Notes: generated by a model not told the origin, from the sequence alone. 32,000 nucleotides of DNA from Candidatus Electrothrix sp. GW3-4 (GCF_037902255.1 NZ_CP147990.1:1680001-1712000), one strand, 5' to 3'; shown: positions 9,052 through 16,337, counted from the stretch's first letter. Translations and numbers: made by a program.

Positions 9052-9642
9052 ATGGATACAAAATGGGTGAGAACTATAACAACAATAGTCGCAGCAAGTA
9101 TTGGTTTTGGAGGAGGGGTACTGGGGCAGTATTTTGCGACAGAACGGGCCATCTCCATAGAACGGCTTAAAAATATTAACTCGCTCCGTTCCAAGGCATA
9201 TATAGATTTTTTCGCGGCTCAGGCCAAACTTCAGCAGGCTCGACAAGATGGGTACAGCTCGTATAGAGACTTGATTAAAGGCCAGTCAGAGCAGCAGGGC
9301 CACATTGAAGATGGTCAGCTTGCTGCGAGGCTTGAAAAGACTCTATGGGAATATGAAATTGAAACAAAGGAAGCACGAATGAAGCTTGCCGCTTTTGCGC
9401 CCACCGAACTTGTTGAGGAACTGGCTGACTATTATCGGAAGTATTATCCATCACGTCCGTGTGATCCAAGCTGGGAGGATGATGTTCGTGCATACTTGGC
9501 GATGAGACAGGAGCTGCTTGCTGATATCGAACCAAAAAATATAAAAAAGGAGAAAATGTATTCATTGATGTGGGGGTGTCAGCCGACTGCGTCGAAAAAC
9601 GAAGATGCGTCGAAAAGCGAAGAACATATGACATCTCAGTAA
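9052..9642 (+). CDS. Hypothetical protein, N-terminal transmembrane anchor plus helical/coiled-coil region
   Basis: 196-aa ORF with an AGAGGG RBS-like element upstream. It has a TM segment (TITTIVAASIGFGGGVLGQYF) followed by a charged helical region. I recognise no family. Confidence 0.5.
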   Translation: MDTKWVRTITTIVAASIGFGGGVLGQYFATERAISIERLKNINSLRSKAYIDFFAAQAKLQQARQDGYSSYRDLIKGQSEQQGHIEDGQLAARLEKTLWEYEIETKEARMKLAAFAPTELVEELADYYRKYYPSRPCDPSWEDDVRAYLAMRQELLADIEPKNIKKEKMYSLMWGCQPTASKNEDASKSEEHMTSQ

Positions 9643-9774
9643 CTAAGGCGGATGCAGGCGACGGCATATTTTTAAGCGAAAAGAGCCCAGTGCCAATTTG
9701 AAGCGGTTTCACCTTTGAGGCCCGCAAACGCCTTAATCCCCTGGGCCGCAGCCCCAAGTGCAAGGAAATAAGAT

Positions 9775-9807
9775 GAAGGCATCTCTCGCTTAGCGGGAGA
9801 TGCCTTC
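9775..9807. terminator. Bidirectional terminator-like hairpin between convergent genes
   Basis: GAAGGCATCTCTCGC (9775-9789) pairs with GCGGGAGATGCCTTC (9793-9807) over 15 bp with one G.T pair. It sits between the 3' ends of 9052..9642(+) and 9842..10135(-). Confidence 0.6.
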
Positions 9808-9841
9808 TTACTTGATGGGCTGATAAGGAGTTAAGGTTCCC

Positions 9842-10135
9842 TTATTTATCAAGATTCGCAGGGGTCCCGTAGCGCTTCTCTATCCTGTCTTCGGGCCTAT
9901 TATAATAATGCTGGTTTTCTGTGTGGCTCGCCCCTTCCTGACCAAAATAGTGGCTCACCCGATCCGGCATTTCAGTCACCGGCTCACTCATGATCAGCTC
10001 ATATCCTATGGAAAACCCGAGAACAACAATCAGGGTGAGGACGGATTTTTTTTTTCTCTTCTCCTGGGGGAGCAAGATAAGGCCGACCAGGACCGCAATC
10101 ATGATCCACAGGTGATACTCTGCTAACAGATCCAT
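9842..10135 (-). CDS. Small hypothetical membrane protein (2 predicted TM segments)
   Basis: 97-aa ORF with a good RBS (AAAGGAGAAAAGTATG on the minus strand). Hydrophobic segments are HLWIMIAVLVGLILL and VLTLIVVLGFSIGYELI. It contains an A10 tract encoding KKK. Confidence 0.5.
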   Translation of the reverse strand: MDLLAEYHLWIMIAVLVGLILLPQEKRKKKSVLTLIVVLGFSIGYELIMSEPVTEMPDRVSHYFGQEGASHTENQHYYNRPEDRIEKRYGTPANLDK

Positions 10136-10209
10136 ACTTTTCTCCTTTTAATCGAATCTTCCCGGCTTGACCTGTTGGGCAGTGGACCAGAGAAGAAATA
10201 TCCAATAAG

Positions 10210-10698
10210 GGCCATGAGCTTGTGCTCACAACAAAAGCATGAAAAGTAACTGATGACTCATTCGGGTCACCCGTCATTTTTCATATAATCTTCATCCCGG
10301 CCCAGCGGGCCGGGATAATAAAGCATGAAAGGCGGGAAGCTTAGCCGACTTTGCCAACCACTTTCATCTACAAGATAATAACTTTCTTTTGTTAAAAATA
10401 CCGAAAATACTCCTGAAAGGCAATCGCTGTTTTGGGCCAGCAGGCAGAATAATTATCTTTGGTTACAATGCAGTTCACTGTGAAAAAAATACCCCTTTGC
10501 CTGTTTTTTCTCCTCTGTACAATCATTAAGTAATTTGCTATAGATAAGGTTATGAGCAGAAATGCTGAGCTCCGGCTGGCTTGCTGGTAAGGAAATATTG
10601 CCTGCAAAGCCATTCTGATATTTTATATAAAATGATGGGTGACTCGGACGAGTCATCTCTTAGTTTTCATGCTTCGTTGTGGGTGTAAGTTCATGGCC
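10210..10698. repeat. ~490-bp non-coding element bounded by ~80-bp imperfect inverted repeats (MITE-like or structured RNA locus)
   Basis: The left arm 10210-10289 aligns with the reverse complement of the right arm 10622-10698 at about 63 of 80 positions by hand alignment. Each arm contains its own small hairpin (GACTCR-YY-CGRGTC). A perfect 8-bp GC hairpin lies at 10296-10314 inside the element. Confidence 0.45.
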
Positions 10699-10834
10699 GT
10701 TTATATGAAAATGTCGGGTAACGCATTCAGGTCGCTCGATCAACTTTCATCTTTTGTTGTTCCCGTCCCCTGGGATGGGAGCTTATGAGGTTGTCTTTAT
10801 GAGATGTCCCTGGTTATATTGTTAATGATCTTCT

Positions 10835-11683
10835 ATGTGTGTTGAACTCCATACCCATTCTGTTTATTCCGACGGTACAGCAACCCCTGCCGAGTTGGTG
10901 CAAATGGCTGTGGACCGGAGGCTTCAAGGCTTTTCGTTAACAGATCACGATACGGTTGAGGGGGTGCAAGAGGTGCTTCGCCTCGGTCAGGAGGTTGGGA
11001 TGCCGGTTGTCAGTGGTATTGAAATCAGCGCCAGGCATCGTCAATATTCATTGCATATCCTGGGCTATGGTATTGATCCGACGAATCAGGAGCTTCTCCA
11101 ATGGTTGGTCCGCCTTCAACAGGGCCGGGTTGAGCGCAATAAAAATATCCTGGAAAAGCTGACAACTATGGGGATCTCCATCACGGAGCAAGAACTGGAA
11201 CAGGTCTCAGAATGCGGTCAGACAGGCAGACCGCATATTGCCCGCTTGATGAAGGAGAAAGGGCATGTGACCAGTAGCCAACAGGCCTTTACCCATTATC
11301 TGGGACGGAATAAACCTGCCTGGTGTCACCGTTCCACCTGTTCCGTCTCAGAAGCCATTGCTGTTCTTCATCAGGCTGGCGGGCTGGCTGTTCTTGCCCA
11401 TCCCGGAATAATTGATAAGGAGATGAAGATGCAGCCCCTGCTTGTCCAGGAACTGGTAGAGAGGGGCCTTGATGGGCTTGAGGTCTTTTATCCCTCGCAT
11501 AGTCGGAAAATAAAAAAACGTTTACAGATGCTTGCAGGGAAATATAATTTACTCTGCACCGGGGGCAGCGATTACCACGGCGACCAGCATGGCAGGCTTT
11601 TTGCCGGAGAAGCTGGCGGTATCTGTCCTCCAGACTCAATAATGGTTGAACTCCTTGAGCGATTGCAATATGTTCAGCAATGA
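10835..11683 (+). CDS. PHP-domain metal-dependent phosphoesterase (TrpH/YciV-like)
   Basis: 282-aa ORF with the N-terminal ELHTHSVYSDG motif and further His/Asp motifs (LTDHDT, LAHP, GGSDYHG) typical of the PHP family. Confidence 0.85.
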   Translation: MCVELHTHSVYSDGTATPAELVQMAVDRRLQGFSLTDHDTVEGVQEVLRLGQEVGMPVVSGIEISARHRQYSLHILGYGIDPTNQELLQWLVRLQQGRVERNKNILEKLTTMGISITEQELEQVSECGQTGRPHIARLMKEKGHVTSSQQAFTHYLGRNKPAWCHRSTCSVSEAIAVLHQAGGLAVLAHPGIIDKEMKMQPLLVQELVERGLDGLEVFYPSHSRKIKKRLQMLAGKYNLLCTGGSDYHGDQHGRLFAGEAGGICPPDSIMVELLERLQYVQQ

Positions 11684-11684
11684 G

Positions 11685-11711
11685 AGAACATAGAAGAACA
11701 TAGAAGAACAT
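11685..11711. repeat. Tandem 10-bp repeat (AGAACATAGA x2.7) in the intergenic region upstream of the sigma-54 activator gene
   Basis: AGAACATAGA AGAACATAGA AGAACAT, read directly. It starts 2 nt after the PHP gene stop. Confidence 0.6.
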
Positions 11712-11787
11712 TCTGCACCAAAAAAGAAGAGATTAAGACGAGAAGGAGCACCTGTTTTCCTTCCTTAACCCGTACTTCAGAACTATC

Positions 11788-13179
11788 ATGCAAACTATTC
11801 TTGTAGTTGACGACGAACCGAATTATCTGATTGTCCTTTCTGAGCTATTACGTGATGAAGGATATGAGGTCTTTACTGCGGACAGCGCTCAGGCTGGGTT
11901 GAAAATGGCCAAAGAAAACGACCTTGATCTGGTGATAAGCGATATGAAGATGCCAGGTATGGACGGTATAGCTTTGCTGGGCAAATTGAAAGAATTTAAT
12001 CAGCAGCTCCCGGTTATCCTGATTACTGCCTATGCCGAGGTTGGCAAAGCGGTTGAAGCCATGCACCTTGGTGCCTTCACCTATCTGGCCAAGCCCTTTT
12101 CCAATGAGGAATTGCTGGCATCGGCTCGTAAGGCGGTGGAGCATTACGGCATGGTGCGGGAGATCAGGCACCTGCGCAGCGAAGCCACCTTTAAATCAGG
12201 TTTTGGCGGCATGATCGGGAAGAATCCCAATATGCTGGTTGTCTATCGACTGATTGAAAAGGTGGCCCCCACCCCCTCCTCTGTCCTGGTCACCGGTGAA
12301 TCCGGGACTGGTAAGGAGTTGGTGGCCCGGGCTATTCATAACCTGAGTGAGCGTAGAGATGCCCCCTTTATCTCGGTGAACTGTGCAGCCCTTTCCGAGC
12401 ATCTGCTGGAAAGCGAGTTGTTTGGTCATGAAAAAGGGGCCTTTACCGATGCAGCGGCTATGCGTAAAGGGCGATTTGAGCTCGCTGACACAGGCACCCT
12501 CTTTCTTGATGAGATCGGGGAGATGACCCCGGCCTTGCAGGCAAAGCTGCTGCGGGTGCTCCAGGAGCGTTCCTTTGAACGGGTAGGGGGCAATGCCACT
12601 ATTTCCATTGATGTTCGTATCCTCGCTGCTACCAATAAAGACCTGAAAGATGAGGTTGAGCAGGGGAAATTCCGCAACGATCTCTTTTATCGCCTCAATG
12701 TCATCCATATTCACATGCCGCCTTTGCGGGAGCGACTGGACGATATCCCGGCCTTGGTTCATTATTTTCTCAAGAAAAACGGAGAGCGGCTTGGACGGGA
12801 AAAGAACGAGATTTCTCCTGAGGCCATGCGTCTACTTGTGAGTCTGCCCTGGGAGGGCAATATCCGGGAGCTGGAAAATACTATTGAGCGGGCTGCTATT
12901 CTCTGTAATGACGGCTGCATTGAGGCCGAGGATGTTCAGCCGGATACCAGTCAGATGCCTGGTATTCAGGAATGGAGTTCTGGTCTTGAGCTGGGCCAGT
13001 TTATTCCTGAGGGGCTGAGTCTTTCCGAGGTGTTGAGCGGTATCGAAGAGAAATTAGTTCGCCAGGCCCTGGAAGAGGCAAATAATATCCAGGCCCGAGC
13101 AGCTGAAAAGCTTGGTATTACCAAGAGCCTGCTGCAGTATAAAATGAAAAAATATAACTTGCAGCGAAAGAAGAAATAA
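11788..13179 (+). CDS. Sigma-54-dependent two-component response regulator (NtrC family: REC + AAA+ + Fis-type HTH)
   Basis: 463-aa ORF. It has a REC domain (LVVDDE...DLVISDMKMPGMDG), Walker A (GESGTGKE), a sigma-54 contact loop that reads GAFTDA instead of canonical GAFTGA, the ESELFGHEKG motif, and a C-terminal HTH (AAEKLGITKSLLQYKMKKY). Confidence 0.95.
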   Translation: MQTILVVDDEPNYLIVLSELLRDEGYEVFTADSAQAGLKMAKENDLDLVISDMKMPGMDGIALLGKLKEFNQQLPVILITAYAEVGKAVEAMHLGAFTYLAKPFSNEELLASARKAVEHYGMVREIRHLRSEATFKSGFGGMIGKNPNMLVVYRLIEKVAPTPSSVLVTGESGTGKELVARAIHNLSERRDAPFISVNCAALSEHLLESELFGHEKGAFTDAAAMRKGRFELADTGTLFLDEIGEMTPALQAKLLRVLQERSFERVGGNATISIDVRILAATNKDLKDEVEQGKFRNDLFYRLNVIHIHMPPLRERLDDIPALVHYFLKKNGERLGREKNEISPEAMRLLVSLPWEGNIRELENTIERAAILCNDGCIEAEDVQPDTSQMPGIQEWSSGLELGQFIPEGLSLSEVLSGIEEKLVRQALEEANNIQARAAEKLGITKSLLQYKMKKYNLQRKKK

Positions 13180-13215
13180 GCTTTCAGAAGGAGGAATATA
13201 TTGCACGTACTTCAT

Positions 13216-13231
13216 TGGAAGGCTCCTTGCT
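13216..13231 (+). promoter_or_regulatory. Candidate sigma-54 (-24/-12) promoter for the H-NOX operon
   Basis: TGGAAGGCTCCTTGCT fits TGGCAC-N5-TTGCW, with GG and GC in the correct register. It lies 37 bp after the activator gene stop and 155 bp before the H-NOX ATG. Confidence 0.45.
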
Positions 13232-13385
13232 GAACCTGCTGCTTGTGTGTGGGGGGGGGAAGTTAAAAAACGCTCCAGTTTGATTCATCCCTTGGGGACA
13301 GGGAGGTTATTTCGAAACGGATAGATATCTGTGTCCCTTTGCTACATTTGTACCGTTTGTACCATGAATATAAAAGGAGGAAGGA

Positions 13386-13913
13386 ATGAAAGGCGTGATC
13401 GCAACCTGCTTGGCAGGGCTGGTCAAGGATAATTTCGGCAGGAATAAATGGGAAGATGCATTGGAAGATGCAGGTATGGACCGACATGCCATCTTTTCCG
13501 CGACTAATAAAATTGATGACGCTGCTGTTATGAAAGTGGTCGCTTCCGTCTGTAAGGTCCTGGATATCACACCTCTCCAAGCTGCTGATGCCTTTGGTGA
13601 TTACTGGGTAAATGTGTACGCGCCCAGGATATACGGCGCTTATCTTCAGGAGGCAACCTCAGCTAGAGAGTTGCTGCTTGGTATGGATAAAATCCATGAG
13701 ACCGTCACCTCTACCATTCCCAATGCCCATCCGCCCAGGTTTGACTATGAATGGAGAGACAGCAGGACCCTGATCATGAAATATAAGTCGCACCGTGGCC
13801 TGATTGATTTTCTTGTCGGCCTGATCAAGGGGGTGGGGAAGTATTTTAAGGAAGAACTCAGGGTGAAAAAGTTGAACTCGACTGATGTCGAAGTCGTCTT
13901 TTTGAACGGGTAA
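13386..13913 (+). CDS. Stand-alone H-NOX (haem NO/O2-binding, HNOB) domain protein
   Basis: 175-aa ORF with a strong RBS (AAAGGAGGAAGGAATG). It aligns by eye along its length to the remembered Thermoanaerobacter H-NOX. Features are the MKG start, a proximal His in MDKIH (His104), PPRF, and the haem-propionate motif YxSxR as YKSHR (Tyr133/Ser135/Arg137). Confidence 0.85.
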   Translation: MKGVIATCLAGLVKDNFGRNKWEDALEDAGMDRHAIFSATNKIDDAAVMKVVASVCKVLDITPLQAADAFGDYWVNVYAPRIYGAYLQEATSARELLLGMDKIHETVTSTIPNAHPPRFDYEWRDSRTLIMKYKSHRGLIDFLVGLIKGVGKYFKEELRVKKLNSTDVEVVFLNG

Positions 13914-13986
13914 GGCGTTCCCCTGGAGGGGGGGCTTTGCCTGCCCAAAATTTTTTTGCATTATATAACGTACTACGGCAATAAAA

Positions 13987-15507
13987 ATGCTCCAAACGAC
14001 CCTGAACACCCCAAGCGAATTTACCTATACCTTTGAACTCGTACCACGCCAGGGTTTTGACCGCAAGCAGGTTGATCCGCTACTGGATTTTGCAGCAGAG
14101 GCAAAAGAGGACGGCAGGATCAAGGCACTCTCTATCACGGATAATCCCGGTGGGAATCCGGCATTGGCACCGGTAGCCATTGGCACGGAGCTTGTCAAGA
14201 GAGGCATAGAGCCCCTTATCCATTTTTCCCTTAAAGATAAAAATCGTAATCAGATCGGGAGTCATATCTACCTCTACCAGCGGCTTGGTCTCCGCTCTCT
14301 GCTGGTTATGGGCGGTGATTTCCCCAATCCCGGCTATTATGGACGGGGGAAACCGGTTTATGATCTGGACACTATCCAGGTTCTCCAGCTGCTCAAGGAT
14401 ATGGAGAAGGGGCACTATCCAGACCGTCGGAGCACAAGGAATCACTTTCCCCCGTCCCGTATTCTGAAGGGCTGTGTCGTCTCGCCCTTTAAAGTCCGTG
14501 AAGCTGAGCAGGTCTGGCAGTACGCCAAGCTCTTGCATAAGATCCGAGCCGGGGCAGATTTTGTAATCACCCAAGTTGGCTTTGATATCGCTAAATTTGA
14601 GGAGTTGACTACATTCCTTGATGAGCAGGGGATAACGATCCCCTTGCTTGCCAATGTCTTTATCCCGACCTTACCCTTGGCTCGAGCCCTTGCTGCTGGC
14701 AAGATACCCGGCATTCTGATGCCCGAAGAGCTGGTGGCCCGGATGGAGGTTGAGGCTGCAGCTGGCGCAGACAAGGCCCGCCTTGACAGGGCGGCCTTGA
14801 TGGTGGCTCGCCTGAAGCAATGTGGCTACCAAGGCGTCCATCTTGGTGGGGTGAAACTGCCGTTTAAGGATATTGCCTATGTCCTGGACAGGGTTGAACA
14901 GTTGGAGCAAGAGGGACTCCCGGATACTGAAGAGTATGATTTTCCGGTCCCTGGGACCTGGTATTATTTTCAGCATCCCTTGTCAGAGGATAAAGGCAAG
15001 AAGACGGCTCAGCCCCTTACCCCAGGCACGGCTCCAGGCACGACCAGGCTGCATAAGCTTGGTCATACCCTCTTCTTTACAGATCAATATGTCACCGGTA
15101 GGCTCTTTGCTCGCTTTTGCCTGTTCTCTGCTCAGGGGCAACGTCGCCTCAATACCCTGCTTTGGCTTGAAAAGACCATTAAGCGCCAGGTCTATAACTG
15201 CCAAATGTGTGGGGAATGCACCTTATTTCACTCTGCCTTTCTCTGTCCGCAATGGCATTGCCCCAAACGGCTGATCAACGGTCCCTGCGGTGGCAGTAAG
15301 CAGGGAAAATGCGAAGTTCATCCTGAGCGCCTCTGCTTTTGGGTACGGGTCTATAACCGTCTCGATAATCAGACGACCTTATCCTCATTGGCAGCCCCAC
15401 CTCATCTACCGCCCAAAGACTGGGGTCGGGAAAAAACCTCATCCTGGGTGAATTTTTTTTCTGGTCAACAAAATGAGCAGGAAGACGAGCGGGAAGAGTC
15501 TGGTTAA
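13987..15507 (+). CDS. Methylenetetrahydrofolate reductase-like TIM-barrel protein fused to a Cys-rich MTHFR_C/MetV-like C-terminal domain
   Basis: In the 506-aa ORF the N-terminal ~300 aa follow the MetF pattern: YTFELVPR ~ SFEFFPP, LSITDNPGGN ~ VSVTYGANSG, LLVMGGDFP ~ IVALRGDLP, FVITQVGFD ~ AITQFFFD. The C-terminal part carries CQMCGEC...CPQWHCPKRLINGPCGG...C. Confidence 0.8.
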   Translation: MLQTTLNTPSEFTYTFELVPRQGFDRKQVDPLLDFAAEAKEDGRIKALSITDNPGGNPALAPVAIGTELVKRGIEPLIHFSLKDKNRNQIGSHIYLYQRLGLRSLLVMGGDFPNPGYYGRGKPVYDLDTIQVLQLLKDMEKGHYPDRRSTRNHFPPSRILKGCVVSPFKVREAEQVWQYAKLLHKIRAGADFVITQVGFDIAKFEELTTFLDEQGITIPLLANVFIPTLPLARALAAGKIPGILMPEELVARMEVEAAAGADKARLDRAALMVARLKQCGYQGVHLGGVKLPFKDIAYVLDRVEQLEQEGLPDTEEYDFPVPGTWYYFQHPLSEDKGKKTAQPLTPGTAPGTTRLHKLGHTLFFTDQYVTGRLFARFCLFSAQGQRRLNTLLWLEKTIKRQVYNCQMCGECTLFHSAFLCPQWHCPKRLINGPCGGSKQGKCEVHPERLCFWVRVYNRLDNQTTLSSLAAPPHLPPKDWGREKTSSWVNFFSGQQNEQEDEREESG

Positions 15508-15514
15508 TGCAACC

Positions 15515-15548
15515 CGGCTGAGACCAGGGAGAATCATGGTCTCAGCCG
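15515..15548. terminator. Perfect 11-bp hairpin between convergent genes (bidirectional terminator candidate)
   Basis: CGGCTGAGACC (15515-15525) pairs with GGTCTCAGCCG (15538-15548) around a 12-nt loop. It starts 8 nt after the MTHFR-like stop. There is no clear T-run. Confidence 0.5.
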
Positions 15549-15617
15549 CGTTGCTGGGCGTTCGATTCTCTCTGGATCCACGTTGATTTCCCTCCGTTGA
15601 TGTTGTGTTGCCCCAGC

Positions 15618-16337
15618 CTACCGGGATGGGGGAAATATGGCAGGTATCCATATTCCCAGCTCGCTGAGAGCTGTTGAGGCCAGCAAGTACGGCTCCTGGC
15701 GGTCCAAGGCGCCTTGCTGAACGTTGTAGAGAAGTTTGTTCAACGGCCAATTCTCGCTTTTTCTTGGTGAACTTACAATATGATCAGAGATATAGCCCCA
15801 CATATGTTGCAAGCTGTTTCGAATTCCACCGGCTGAAGGGGGTGTTCGTAGGGTCTCTGTGAGCAGGGTGGTCAGTGCGGAGAAATCCTCGTTCGAGGAT
15901 GCGGTTGCAACCTCTCTGCCGATCTTTTTATAGAGGTTGACATCCCGGGCCATGACAGAGTATTTATGTTGGCGCCATACTTGCTGGCCATTGTGAGGCA
16001 GGGGGATACGTCCCTCCTCCTTTTCCTTATATTTTTCCGCAAGGATAAGGAACTGCTCCTGGGGAATATCGAGGTATTCTTCCGGCCAGAAACCTTGATT
16101 GGAGCCAGTTTTTACAGGCGTTTTTTCGTTGAAGCCTCGCAACCTCATTTCTGCTGCGAGCAGCTCATGGCGCATCTTGAGTGCCCATCCGAAACCAATC
16201 CACCTGAGTGTTTCTGGATGCTTTGAGTAACCCTTTTTTCCGTTAGCAATAATGGAGACAATCCCGTGCAGTTCACGGTGCTCGCCAAGCAGGCTCTGGC
16301 GGTTCAGATACCCTGGATTGATGTCCCAGATGCGCAT
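15618..16337 (-). CDS. Pyrimidine-dimer DNA glycosylase (Pyr_excise / endonuclease V-like) fused to a DUF1722 (YbgA-like) domain
   Basis: 239-aa ORF. The N-terminus MRIWDINPGYLNRQSLLGEHRELHGI...KGYSKHPETLRW matches the bacterial Pyr_excise pattern. The C-terminal half has HKYSVMARDVNLYKKIGREVA and NSLQHMWGYIS, resembling the YbgA/DUF1722 signature. Confidence 0.8.
   Translation of the reverse strand: MRIWDINPGYLNRQSLLGEHRELHGIVSIIANGKKGYSKHPETLRWIGFGWALKMRHELLAAEMRLRGFNEKTPVKTGSNQGFWPEEYLDIPQEQFLILAEKYKEKEEGRIPLPHNGQQVWRQHKYSVMARDVNLYKKIGREVATASSNEDFSALTTLLTETLRTPPSAGGIRNSLQHMWGYISDHIVSSPRKSENWPLNKLLYNVQQGALDRQEPYLLASTALSELGIWIPAIFPPSR

Noticed and set aside
13263-13580. 105-aa and 87-aa minus-strand ORFs overlapping the H-NOX start region
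   Set aside because: They are antisense to the H-NOX gene and its leader. The H-NOX has a consensus RBS and family motifs, whereas these ORFs have neither.
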